Assembly (NCBI RefSeq): GCF_009914755.1 | Contig: NC_060936.1 | Direction: 5' to 3' (one strand) | DNA: 64,000 nt | Source of the DNA: the human T2T-CHM13v2.0 reference genome, Homo sapiens | Notes under the pieces: model-generated | The model's input: the letters and a program-made list of their open reading frames with translations, nothing else | The model's database searches: none | Told to the model about the DNA's origin: nothing | In this document: in pieces, positions 1 through 12,784 of the stretch | How positions within the stretch are numbered: position 1 is the stretch's first letter | Layout of the letters: the number at the start of each line of letters is the position of its first letter | Translations under genes and position numbers: made by a program

Positions 1-110
1 TATTTTATCCTCCCAACAAGTATGTGAGGTAAGTGTTATTTCCATTTTAGATTATATGTAAATTGATGGTCATCTAGTTAGTTTATGTAGAAGCCAGGGT
101 TTCTTTCTCA
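1..110 (-). mobile_element. MIR fragment
   Basis: atcctcccaacaagtatgtgaggtaagtgttatttccattttaga resembles the antisense MIR core. Confidence 0.5.
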
Positions 111-288
111 TTTATATGAAAAAGTCCCTTAATACTATTTTTTCACTGTGACTATATTTTTTGGTATTTCAATGCAAATAGATGATGTGGAAGCTGATTA
201 AATATAACATTCTCAGAATTTTAAGAAAATGATAATATATAACTTATAATATTGGATTTCAAATAAATTTTATTTGTTGAAATACTAG

Positions 289-620
<332 letters not shown>

Positions 621-834
621 TAGAAATACTATATTTTGTTATTTAAGAAGGTGGACTAATAAATTCTGGAAATTTTGGATACCTCCTTTGCTCTTTTTTA
701 ATGCAACACTTCCACATATGTTGCAATGCAACTTTCCACATACTGAAAATAAATAAATTTATGGTGTGGGAAATTGTAATCCCTCTTAACAAATAGAGAA
801 GAATTAAGCATCAGTAAACATTGTCAATACATAC

Positions 835-1560
835 CACAAACTCTTTAGGAATTTTAAACAAATTTATTTTTTTTTTGGAGTTCCAGTGGGCTTTTATTGA
901 GATAAATTAACAAAAACCAAGATTTTACCATATTTTTTGAACCTTATAAACTCAGCAGACTCTGGTCCATATATGTATACATACAACATAACACATCCCA
1001 ACAAAAACAGAGCCCCCCACTGGAACATCTGCCAATTAAGAGAAAGCCAATTTTCCCTTCCCCTGATGTTTCTGAAATTTTGAGTTCCCACTGTTCACTT
1101 CTCAGTGGAACTGGTCCCTTGTGGCTAGGGACATTGGAATTCTCTACCATTTTTACTTAAACAAATTTATACTTTAAATATAATCACCAAAAATTTTTTA
1201 AAGTACATTAAATTTTCATTGAAAGTAGAGGGAGGTAAAATCATTAGGTAAACATATTCAGTATCAGTCAACAAAAATAATTTTCTTTTTTTTTTGGTGT
1301 TTATTATATGTATATGTCCCCCCAAAATCAGTTTTGGACAAAATACTAACATTCTTGATACTACTGGTACCCCACTCTTTAAAATGGATAATCTAAGTAA
1401 TCTTGTAAAATATTATTTCATAAAAACAAAGTCATGGCTACTGAAATAGTTCGTAGGAATTCTGACTGCCCATACTTATTTAACTCAAAATTTAAATTAA
1501 TTGTAGAAATAAGTGTTGTAAACACAGTTCTTAATGCTAGAAGTAGAGAATCATGTGATA
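835..1560 (-). pseudogene. Pseudo-exon of RGS-like gene, interrupted by the retrocopy at 868-1156
   Basis: Acceptor tttcttttcatctttattgctcttactttcag|TAT at 1560 and donor GTG|gtatgt at 835/834. Encodes ...ILPPSTFNENLMYFKKFLV (1188-1235), resembling an RGS-domain start. Confidence 0.5.
868..1156 (-). pseudogene. 5'-truncated processed retrocopy of an mRNA 3' UTR (parent not identified)
   Basis: Minus-strand AATAAA (893-898) lies 16 nt before a poly(A) (867-876). Flanked by an exact 14-bp TSD ttaaacaaatttat at 854-867 and 1157-1170. Body is not L1- or Alu-like. Confidence 0.85.
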
Positions 1561-1887
1561 CTGAAAGTAAGAGCAATAAAGATGAAAAGAAATATAAATT
1601 TTTCTGTGTGTATGCTTGCACATATGGGTCTTATTTTCTTTTTTCTCTATTTATTTCCTCATTTCTGAAATAGGGTAAAATCTCTCTTCCCCAAATGGTA
1701 ACATGAACAAAATATAGTGGACTTGATACCAGTTTTAGGAGGAAAGTCATCTGATTAGAGTAATTCATACTAAGTGTACATGGTTAATGTTATCATGGCC
1801 TATAAGATTTATATTCTTAAAGGAAGATCTCTTAACATAATTTATTAATTAATTGAATTATTTCAAATGAATAACAAGGTGACATTT

Positions 1888-2767
1888 AATTTTAATTTTT
1901 AATGACTTTATATTTTGAGAGAAATTTTAGGTTCTCAGCAAAATTAAGAGGAAAAGATTTCTCATATACCCTCTGCCCCACACAAACTTATACTCTCTAT
2001 CAACATCCCTCATCAGAGTAGTACATGGTTAAACTCAATGAGCCTACCTTGACACATCATTATCACCCAAAAGCCATATTCACATTAGGATTCATTCTTG
2101 GTGTCATATATTTTATAGGTTTGGACAAATGTATAATGATATGTATCCACCATTATAGTTATCATACAGAGTCGTTTCACTGCCCTAAAAATCTGTGCTC
2201 CACCTATTTATCCCTCCCTCCCTGTAAGCCCTAGCAACCACTGATCTTTTATTGTCTCCACAGCTTGGCCTTTTTCAGAATGTCATCTAATTGGAATCAT
2301 ATGGTATCTCACATTTTCATTTTGGCTTCTTTCACTTGGTAATATGCATTTAAGCTTCTCCCATGACTTTTCCTAGCTTGGTAGCTCATGCCTTTTCAAC
2401 CCCTAAATAATATGTCATTGTCTGGATGTCCTACAGTTTATGTGTCCACTCACCTACTCCAGGATATCTTGGTTGCTTCCAGATTTTGGCAATTAGGAAT
2501 AAAGCTGCTATAAATATCTATGTGCAGGTTTTTGTGTGAACATAAGTTTTCAACTCCTTTGGGTAAATATCAAGTAACAGAGATGTTGAATTTTATGGTA
2601 AGAATGATTAGTTTTATGAAAAACTGCCAAAGTGTCTTCCAAAGTGGCCACTTCGTTTTGCATTACCACCAATGAGCAAGAGTTCCTATTGTTCCACAAC
2701 TGTCACCAGCATTTGGTGTTGTCAGTGTTCCAGATTTTGGCCATTCTAATAGGTGTGTAGTGATATG
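1888..2767 (-). mobile_element. Old L1 3' end (L1MC-like)
   Basis: Antisense L1 3'UTR/ORF2-end motifs (ttggttgcttccagattttggcaattaggaataaagctgctataaat; ccattctaataggtgtgtagtg). Confidence 0.85.
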
Positions 2768-3006
2768 ACAATATTTAAGGTCATGTGAGAGACAAATGTA
2801 TATATGGGTTAATAATTAAAACCAAAAATAATAATTTTTCCTATGTGTAGAATTTTGAGGTCAATCATCCTTGGCTCTTCCAATTTTTAATTTTTCCCCC
2901 TTCCTTGCTTTTTGACCACACAGACTATCATTAAGATTTCTTTCCAGTTTTCAGGACAAGAACGACTCTCATTTTGGCGTTGGTAAAATGACTTACAAAG
3001 ACTTAC

Positions 3007-3077
3007 AACGTGTAATTGCTTATAAGTTTTTCAGCTTGAATGTTTGGTCTTGGCCAGTCAGCCAATCGTTACTCAAC
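3007..3077 (-). pseudogene. Candidate pseudo-exon (71 nt)
   Basis: ttctttgaatctttcaag|GTTGAG...ACACGTT|gtaagt; every frame contains a stop. Confidence 0.4.
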
Positions 3078-3135
3078 CTTGAAAGATTCAAAGAACTTCA
3101 TTAAGGAGTTTCTGCTTTTGTTATAAAGAAAAGAG

Positions 3136-3290
3136 GGCTAGGTGTGGTGGCTTATGCCTGTAATCCCAGTGCTTTGGAAGGCCGAGGTGGGAGGATCACT
3201 TGAGCCCAAGAGTTTGAGGTTATAGTGAGCTATGATCATGTCACTGCACTGCAGCCTGAGTGACAAAGCAATACCTTGTCTTAAAAAAAA
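3136..3290 (+). mobile_element. Alu monomer (FRAM/AluJ-like)
   Basis: Single diverged Alu arm with an A tail. Confidence 0.85.
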
Positions 3291-3293
3291 TTA

Positions 3294-3561
3294 GAGGCGG
3301 GTGGATCATGAGGTCAGGAGATCGAGACCATCCTGGCTAACAAGGTGAAACCCCGTCTCTACTAAAAATACAAAAAAAAAAAATTAGCCGGGCGCGGTGG
3401 CGGGCGCCTGTAGTCCCAGCTACTCAGGAGGCTGAGGCAGGAGAATGGCGTGAACCCGGGAAGCGGAGCTTGCAGTGAGCCGAGATTGCGCCACTGCAGT
3501 CCGCAGTCCGGCCTGGGCGACAGAGCGAGACTCCGTCTCAAAAAAAAAAAAAAAAAAAAAA
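3294..3561 (+). mobile_element. AluYb8, 5'-truncated
   Basis: Diagnostic 7-bp duplication gcagtcc-gcagtcc (3496-3509), plus ggatcatgagg, aacaaggtg, gggaagcgg. CpG-rich; TSD aaaaaaaattaga. Confidence 0.93.
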
Positions 3562-3940
3562 TTAGATCATACTCTTTTTGCCAAAATATAAAATAATAAA
3601 AATAATTAAAGAAAATAGGGCTAATCTATTTTACAGGCATGGATCACAGTAAATATGCTTATCATTTTTTTATCATGAAATATGCTGAGAATTTACATAA
3701 ATAGCCTTTATAAAATATGAAGAACATTTATTATAGGACAGCTGAAGGATTTGGAATGTTAACTACAGAATAAAGCACAAGGCAAGGCTTTTCCAATAAA
3801 TGCCTTAGGAATCTCAGTGGTTCACGGCTAATTATCATTATTTCATTTAGGAGAGGTCAGGTATCTTACAATTGTGATATAGGTACTACCATAATGGTCA
3901 CTGAGTAATATTTATGTGAAGTTACTGAAGGAGCTCTCAC

Positions 3941-4050
3941 CTTTGTAGAAATATTTTGCCTAAAACATTTGTTTACATAAAAGAAGCATTTTCGGTGTGC
4001 AATCTCTGCTACTAAAGGTAATGCTGAAGACTAAATTCTGCATGAATGCA
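3941..4050 (-). pseudogene. Candidate pseudo-exon (110 nt)
   Basis: cttttattatcagtttttag|TGCATT...CAAAG|gtgaga. Confidence 0.4.
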
Positions 4051-4397
4051 CTAAAAACTGATAATAAAAGCAATTTACTAAGCATTAGTATAATCCAAGG
4101 ATCACACTAGCTGCCTCCTAGTCTTTTGAAAAGTCTCTATTTTTAAAAGTGAAAACCACTTATTCTTTAAATTAAATGCCTCTACATCTTGCAACAATAT
4201 CCTATTTCTATATTCATTTGGCTTTGGATTTTTCTTGAAATGTTATAATGTTAAATTAATTTATATGCTATTGCTTAACCCAGAAAATATTCTCACTGAT
4301 AAGTGCAAGTATTTTACAATGGTAAAATTAGGTGATTTTCCTTATACAGTAATAAGAGTTGTTTTAGCTACATGATGCTACAATGAAAATAGCATAC

Positions 4398-4731
4398 TTA
4401 AAAATGATTTATATCTCTTTAACTGAATCCAGTGAAGATAAATCATTGTGATTAAAGTTTCATCTCTTCGTAATTACCATGAACTAAAGCCAATAGCTAT
4501 TGGCTATCAGGTACTGCCAATGTCGGTAATCAATTCAATGGATTTTTAAGAATAATCAATAGGTTTCATAACAATGCAAATTATCTAATAGTATTTTTTG
4601 ATAATTAAACAAATAATCTATTGACCTTTTTCCTTTTTACTTTTTGTTACTTTTGCTTGAGGTCAAATAATACGTTAGTACAGGCTTCTTTCACACATTT
4701 CATTAGCAGCAAGTTGACATGCCATTTAAAT
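4398..4731 (-). pseudogene. Pseudo-exon with a degenerate RGS-like repeat
   Basis: Acceptor ttttctccaatttag| and donor |gtatgc. Frame pieces: QLAANEMCERSLY*, KKEKGQ*IICLIIKKYY, ELITDI/AVPDSQ*LLALVHGNYEEMKL*SQ*FIF. Confidence 0.45.
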
Positions 4732-4856
4732 CTAAATTGGAGAAAACATCTTTAAAATTAAGTATATTTTTATTATTTATGAATATTATATTAACAAAAT
4801 TCTTAATTAATATCTAGTATCTTTTTTGAGTAGCAAGGTAATCACAATCATTGTAT

Positions 4857-4858
<2 letters not shown>

Positions 4859-4891
<33 letters not shown>

Positions 4892-4893
4892 TG
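4859..4893. repeat. (TG)n microsatellite
   Basis: About 16 TG units. Confidence 0.95.
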
Positions 4894-5829
4894 TATTTTA
4901 GTGGCCCTGATATAACAAGCAAAAGGTGCTCATATTTAGGAAAATGTTAAATTCTGTATAGCAATTGCATAGTGGCATAAGTGGTAAGGCTTGCACTTTT
5001 AAGTAGTACACATTAAGCATCTTATATCAACTATTAGTAATATATATAACAATATTAAAACGATTCTAAGTTTGTAAATAGGTTCCAGTGGATATTCTCT
5101 AATAATAAAACACTTTGATAAGAAGTTTATTTCCCCCAAACTGTGCCTTAACAAAACAACCTCATGAAACAAACATATCAATCTTAAGATTATGAAGTCA
5201 GTTCTTACTACAAAAGTTCTGGGTACATTGCAAAAGTGACTAAAAGTGTTTTGAGGAGAATTTCTGATTAACAACAACAACAAGTCTCTGGGACCTAAAT
5301 GCGTGAACCACTTAGTCAAAATACTAAGACCACTAGTGCTGGGAAAAAAGTAAAAAAAATAAAAATAAAAATCCTAATTTATTACTTGTCTGGCAAGGTA
5401 GTGCTGCATGACCCAAAAGAAAGTTTAATAAGGCTCTCAGGATTACAAGTGGAAACACTTAACATAGCTTAAAAAGAAAAAGTATATGGAAAGGATTGTA
5501 AATTTTTCTTTGGGACCAGTCACGGTACTACTTTATCAACAAAAATGCATATTTCTCACCCTGGTTGGAATATATTGCCTAGAGCTCCTGTACACTCAAG
5601 GTCACATAGCAGGCACACTCTGACATACATGCCTGAAGACTGAAGAGCTTTCCTTTAACAGATTTCCTGATGCAAACAAATATAATTCCATACTCAAGGA
5701 AAGAAGGATGAAAAGTAAGAAAGGACCTTCAAGTGATTTTTTTGTCTTTAGTAACCGACATCAAGAAAGAGTACATAAAGCATAAGTCTACACTCCTTGG
5801 CACTGCTTGGGAAATTTTAACAAAGAGAA

Positions 5830-6760
5830 TTGGCCTTTGGACATCCTCCAGATTAAGAAATAGTATATTACCAACAAAAATTCACCCACAAGCCCCCCCC
5901 CACAAGTCACTAGCACCTAAAGGTAACTACTAATCTGACTCATTTCATCATACATAAGTTTTGTCTTTGCTTGGTCTTCATATAAATAGAATCATAAAAC
6001 ATATTATCTTTGTACCTGGCTCCTATTTCACAACAATATGCCTCTGAGACTTAACTATATTGTTGCATATGGCAGTAATCTATTCTTTTGCATTACTGTT
6101 GAATATCTCTTTGTATGAATATACCACAATAATTTTATCTACCTTTACCATCCACAAGGACATAATAATATCCTTAGATTTTCTTCTAAAAGGTGTGTTA
6201 TATTTTATATTTCATATGGAATTGATATTTTTGTATGATGGAGGGCCAAGATTATCTCTTGTTCTTGTATGAATAGCCAAGTGATCCAGTGTTATTTACT
6301 GAGAAGACCCCCATTTCTCCACTGCTCAGGACTGCTACCTTTGTCATAAATCAAGTACTCATGTAAGTATGAGTACGTTTTTGTGTCTCTATTCTGTTTT
6401 ATTAATCTGTTTGTGTCTCTTTGGTAAAAAATAGGATCTCAGCTGAGTGCACTGGCTCATGCCTATAATCTCAACATACTGGGAAGCTGAGGTGGAAGAA
6501 TTGTTTGAGGCCGGGAGTTTGGGACCCACCTGGACAAACTACAGAAACCCCACCTCTAGAAAGAAAAAAAAGAAAAAAAAGAAAACATGATCTATTAATC
6601 ATTATACCTTTATAGTAAGTCTGTCTAGGAATGTTGCTTCTCCAGGTAGACTTTGGTACTTTAAAATTGTCTTAGTTTTGCTAATTTCATTTCCATATAA
6701 ATTTTAAAATAATCTAGGCAACTGCCCCCTTAAATTACATTTTTTGATATTTTAATTGAG
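5830..6760 (-). mobile_element. Old L1 (L1M) fragments, partly ending in an L2-like tail
   Basis: Diverged antisense L1 3' motifs; boundaries approximate. Confidence 0.55.
6440..6586 (+). mobile_element. FLAM (left Alu monomer)
   Basis: gctcatgcctataatctcaacatactgggaagctgagg... followed by an A-rich tail. Confidence 0.8.
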
Positions 6761-7190
6761 TTTGCCTGGAACAATTTCTGCCCAATAAATTTTTGTTGAA
6801 TGAATGAATGAGCAGGATAGCATAATAAAGATATTTTTAAAGTCTTCCTGTAGAGCCTTCTTATATGAAATATTCTCTGCAGCACCAAAATGGGGTCGGA
6901 AAAATAAATATCCTTATAATCATCCAATTGAATTCATTTTGTTCCCTTAGTATATATTATTAGAGCACAATTCAGTGTCAGACACTGTGCTGGCCACTGG
7001 GTACATAATGTGAACTAGATTGAGTTTGAGATTTTAAATCAATCTCAAAAGAAGAACCAGTATTAAATTACGTACTATTACTGCACAATATCAACAAAGT
7101 TGTTTTTTTAAATGTGTTATTTTCCACTTTTTCTAATTTTAATTATTAATAGCTTAATTGATACCCTTGTTTACTTTTTTAAAAAAATAA

Positions 7191-7493
<303 letters not shown>

Positions 7494-8080
7494 AAATAAA
7501 TACATTTTTAAAGAGGAAAAACAATGTATAGAACCTGGTAATAATCTGAGACAAATGGTCTTGCAAAAAAGAAGCCTGAAAATTAATTATATAAGCAAAA
7601 TTCTACCATGTAGTATATGGTTTCTTTCTAAAATTATTTTATAAGGAGGTAATAAATAATTTGATAAGCCACACCATATGAAGTGTCGATACTTCCACAA
7701 TCTTGTTGTTTGGTAACCTGCAGTGACTTTTATTATTACTTTTATTACCACCAGAGGACAGAACTGGCAATGGCTGGGAAGTTTTGTTTCCTCTGGTTTT
7801 TCCAGGTTAAATGTACAAAAAGAAAACACACATTGTCAAAGTAACTGGTACACAATGGTACTAAAAGACAGAAAAAAACTAAACACAACAAAATTCACTG
7901 TATCCTTAATAATTGGGAATGCTGATATAGGGGATATAGATATAGAGGTCTATGAAAAGAATTCGGCAGTTACTGATGTATCAAATACCCATTCTGTGTA
8001 AAAAAAAAAAAAAATTCATGACAGGGCTAACAAAATCAAAAGCGCTGAAGCTGTCTATTGGAGCATAACAACATACTTAC

Positions 8081-8123
8081 AGGTTTCTGTGGCAAATTTA
8101 TGGAGAGTTTTTTTTTCCTATTC
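8081..8123 (-). pseudogene. Candidate pseudo-exon (43 nt), NRKKKLSINLPQKP
   Basis: cctttacttcttatctactaag|GAATAGG...AAACCT|gtaagt; one frame is open. Confidence 0.45.
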
Positions 8124-8288
8124 CTTAGTAGATAAGAAGTAAAGGACAGTCTTTAAAAGTTAATTTTGGAGAGTATGACAGCAAGAAAGCATAATCTTTT
8201 CAACTAAATGGAAACTTTAATATTAATATATTTTTGAAGACATATAAATACATGTTACTTCCTGAATTGTTCTAAAATGAAATTATTT

Positions 8289-8647
8289 GGTCTAGTGCAG
8301 TGGCTTATGCCTGTTATCCCAACAGTTTGGGAGGCTGAGGAAGGCAGATCACTTGAGTCCAGGAGTTCAAGACCAGCCTGGCCAACATGGCAAAAGCCCG
8401 TCTCCACTAAAAATACAAAAAATTAGCCAGGAGGGTGATGCACACCTGTAGTCCCAGCTACTTGAGAAGATAAGGCACAAGAATCACTTGAACTCGACCT
8501 GAGAAGTGGAAATTACAGTGAACTGAGATCACAGCACTGCACTCCAGCCTAGGCAACAGAGCGAGGCTCTGAAAAAGAAAGAAAAGAAAAGGGAAAGGGA
8601 GGGAAAGGAAGGGACAGGAGAGGAGAGGAGAGGAAAGGAAAGGAAAA
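8289..8647 (+). mobile_element. Alu (J/S) with GA-rich simple-repeat tail
   Basis: Sense Alu dimer; tail of (GAAA/GGAGA)n at 8570-8647. Confidence 0.9.
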
Positions 8648-9467
8648 TAATTTTACAGTAGTTTGAGATTTAGCAATCGCAAGTGAATTTACTATTTCAA
8701 GACTAAGACAACATTCTCAACAACAAAAGAATAATCCAAATGAAACAATATAGAAATTCATGTGTGTTTGTATACACACGTGTATGTATATATTTATTTT
8801 TTTAAAATTCTGTGTGTAGTATTTGGTACTTTGTTTCGTGAATGAAAACGTCAGGTGTACACATTGATTAACAATGATTTATTATATTTCCAAGTGTCCT
8901 CAGATCTAATATGAAAATATTTTAATCCTGGATCATTAAAATAGAGCCTTGGTGTATAAGATGAAAAATATTTAGTACCCACAGCCAAATACTTACAATT
9001 ACATTAGACAGTTTTCAAACAAAAATAGGTAAAAATAGATATATTTCTGACCTCATGTAGAGGATTTCCTGTTTATGGAGCCAACGATTATGTGTGTGTG
9101 AAATAAGCCTAAGAAAAACTTTTCAAGATTGAGGAACAAAGAGTTTATTTAAACTCTGACATAGCTAACATAGTAAAAAATTTTAAGTGTTTTATTGAAT
9201 TAAATAAATTGGATGCATCAATTTTGACATGTTACTTTTCTATTTCGAAAGCTAAACTCTTGGAAATTATGACAAAATATGATATGGGATGATTGGCTAT
9301 GAAAAATAGTAAGTAAATTATTGCTCCCCAAAGGTAAGAAAACTTAAATGTTTATACAGACATCCTGTCAATTCCATACCAAAAAAAAAAAAAAAAAAGG
9401 ACAGGTAGAGGTTCTACAGATCCTTTGCGATTTCAACTTCTCAACTCCTCATGGAATTACTACATAC

Positions 9468-9815
9468 TCCCCCTCTTTCCTAAAGGAGTTTTAGTTCCTC
9501 CAACCGTATCTCCTCAAATAATAGTGCCAGTGTTTTTGTGCTTCAGATAATCTGTGCCCATGGGAAATTGAATAAAAGAATAACTCTGAATCGAGTCTTT
9601 ATTCCAGAAGGCCAATATGATAGTCTTCTATTGTCATTCATCAGAGAATACTTTCATGTCTCTAAAAACACTCAACCTTCTTTCTGGAATGCCATCCATA
9701 CTTTGATTTTCACTGGCATCATAAGAGGCTCTTTTTTACCCCCATCCACACATAAATCATGTTAATTTGCTACATTGTATCAAAATGGCAACTTCCATCT
9801 ATTTCTGGAGTATAA
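9468..9815 (-). pseudogene. Candidate pseudo-exon
   Basis: Long semi-open frame ASYDASENQSMDGIPERRLSVFRDMKVFSDE*Q*KTIILAFWNKDSIQ...KTPLGKRG ending at GA|gtatgt; 5' boundary uncertain. Confidence 0.3.
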
Positions 9816-10149
9816 CCTCAGGAAAGCAAAGATCATCTATTTTCTTTTTCACTTCTGTATTCTGTGTTATCCCAATATTTGGAAAATAAATAAGCTTTTG
9901 GTTCAATAAATTTTAAATGATTAGATAATGGAAATTTTGATAAAGTGCTTAATAAATATGTTTGTTATTGAGTATCCAAAGAGATATAGTCCTTGCTTAA
10001 GAAAATTAAAATTTTGAAGATGCAAGGAAGAGAGGTTAATGTTCTTAATCTCAAGCTCTTGCATATCAATAAAAAGGCAACTAAATGAACAGAAAAAATG
10101 AACAAAGAACATAATTATGTAGTTCCCTTATAAAATGTTTTATAATGGT

Positions 10150-10390
10150 AAATATTTATAATGTCTTTATTGTGTCTTAGGAACTATAAAAGTGATTTAC
10201 AAATATTAACCTGTTTAATCCTCACAAAAGCAAGTTGTAGATAATACCACTATCATCCCATTTTATGCAGGAAGAAAGTGAGGTGCACAGAAGTTACTTG
10301 GATATGGTCACACTGCTATTAAAGGCTGGAGTTGAGATTAGACAGTCTGGCTCCAAACCCTGAACATTCAACCACTATTCCACATTGCTC
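10150..10390 (-). mobile_element. MIR within old L1 sequence
   Basis: tttaatcctcacaaaa...cccattttatgcaggaagaaagtgaggtgcacagaag...gtctggctccaaa. Confidence 0.8.
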
Positions 10391-11429
10391 TAAAAACAAT
10401 ATAAACAAGAAAAAATGATCTACCCTGCTAAAAAAAATGGAAATTTAACAAGAATTGGTGACACATTTCAGCTCAATCTAACAGAGTTGTAAAGACCGAT
10501 AAACAGGTGGTCCGTATACTGTGGCAGGAAATGTAAATTGGAGGGCAATTTGGCAACATCTATCAGATGTACTATCATATGTGTGCAAAGAGACATACAC
10601 AAGGAAGTTTAAGACAGAATTGGATAAGTAAAAAATCTGAAAATTACCTAAATCCAAAGGAAAGTTTCCTGGTTACACATATGCTACTATATCCACATAA
10701 TGAAATAATGACCGCTGTTAAGAAATACAAAAGCAGGTATGCAGATACATACTGATATGAAAAGTTATCTTTAGTATGATTTCAACTAAAACAAAAATCA
10801 AATTACTGACAACAATATATTTTTAAAGTTTATGTTAATTATATATATTAATATGTATCCTTTATATATGTTTAAATCTCTGGAAGGATATGCATTAAAA
10901 TATTAGCAGTGATTATATCAATAGAATTGAATTGGGGTGCTGAAAGATAGATAGATTTGGGGACATTTTAGTTTTTAAAATGTACATTTCTCTGCTAAAT
11001 TTATTTTAATGAGTATATATCACTTTAATATTATAAATAATTAGATAATGATGTGATATAAACCTCTTATCATTTTTTTGTAAACATTAAAGTAACACAC
11101 TACCCAAAATAAACACAGCGGCATCCCCATGTGCAAGGGAGACCCAGATCCAAGCTACCCATCCCCAGCAGGGCTCTTCCATTCAGAAATATGGAGTCTC
11201 GTATCTGTTTGTCTGTTTTGGCCCCACTTAGATTCATTAGAGAATTTCTCCTGGCAAACAAACTCTGATGATATCAGTCTTACAAAGAGATCCTCAGGGC
11301 TTTTCTTCATGTTACTTAGTGTGGCAATTCCACAAAACAACAGCATAGCATAAGTTTCTGAAATTGCCGTTAGCTTCCCGAGAGTGGGAGCTCAGGTGGC
11401 ATTTTCTTTCCTTGTCTCCTGGTTCTATG

Positions 11430-11839
11430 TGTTAATGTAATATTATGTTTCCCTGGAGGACTATTATAGGCCTACCATCTCTTTCTTGGGAACTTAAATG
11501 GATTGACCACATGTCATCAGATCTCAACCCATACCATGTTTTGCCATCATTATCAGTAGTATTTAGTGCCCACAAAGAGGACACAAATGATGAAGCATTT
11601 AATATCCAAGCAAAAAGGCTTTTTCTTCTCTACCCTTTTACCAAGCCAAACTTTATCATTTCTATACTACAAGCAGTTTTCTCCAACAAAAGAAAGTCAG
11701 CAGGCTAGAACATGGACCACATAAAAAGAAGGGTTTACACAGCTAAAATATACAGAAGAATAATTTGTTTTTCTTCGTCTTTATTTTCTGGAAGATACAC
11801 ATTCATAAGAAGTGTTGGTAACAACATATATAGCAAATA
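11430..11839 (-). pseudogene. Pseudo-exon carrying an RGS22-type domain end
   Basis: Acceptor gcattgccatccttttag|TAT. One frame gives YLLYMLLPTLLMNVYLPENKDEEKQIILLYILAV*TLLFMWSMF*PADFLLLEK...; 3' boundary uncertain. Confidence 0.45.
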
Positions 11840-12665
11840 CTAAAAGGATGGCAATGCAACACAATTTGTAGACATGGCAAGAGATGAAGAGGAGGCATCA
11901 TAATTTAAGGAGGGTGGAAGATTTTAGGGAAACAATTCACTATCTTGAAAACTGGTACATAAAAAAAAATCAAGGCTTTATCTTGCCATTCCTATATTAA
12001 CTTTACTATAGGATAACCAAATAATGGATACAAAGACATTATTGAATAAGCATATCCCCATTTTTCAACTTCCAGTAGCTCAGGTTCTTCAAAAGATACA
12101 TTGTTAAAAGAGAAAAATTAACAATGCTTTTAAAATAGGCAACACTAAATTACAGTGTCCCAGATGTCCTCTTGATTGTCAAAACTATAAGAAATGCAAA
12201 GGTGATTAGTGTGTGAGTCAAATAGTAGTTACTTTTGAGGGATCAAAAGGGATATGATTGGGATGGGGTATATGGAAGAGATTTTAAGATGAGACTGACA
12301 ATATTCTATATTTTGGCCTGTGTGGTGGGTACGAAGGCATGTAACTTATACATCTGTGGTGAGTTTTTCAGCATCTATGTTTCATCTTATAATAAAAAGG
12401 AAGAAAATACCTGTCTATGTCTTTGTCCCACTCCCAGAGTCTGACTTTACTGATGGAACAGAGAGAGAGCATTGGAAGGTTTGTTAAATCTCCACAGGTG
12501 ATTTTTAACATGTAAATATATTTTTTCTCTGCTGCTACAATGGGTTGAAAACATGAGATCTTTGAACTTGTGAAGCTTATAGTATATACCAAACCAAAAA
12601 GGGTATTTTGTGCCACATTAAGGCATTCAGATCTATTTCAGAGGTATATCATGGAAAAGACTTAC

Positions 12666-12784
12666 ATGGTTGTATTTTTTTTTAAATAAAAACAACCATT
12701 CTCTAGTCACTGATTATTTCTGTATCAACAACGTAATATCTAGCATTTCCCAAAGTCATCTCCAGTATTTGCAGATCCATGAAG
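12666..12784 (-). pseudogene. Candidate pseudo-exon
   Basis: acttgtctttag|CTTCATG...CAACCAT|gtaagt. Confidence 0.35.

Noticed and set aside
4488-4505. Perfect 18-bp palindrome agccaatagctattggct with back-to-back CCAAT
   Set aside because: A single short palindrome inside a probable pseudo-exon with no other promoter features; not distinguishable from chance.
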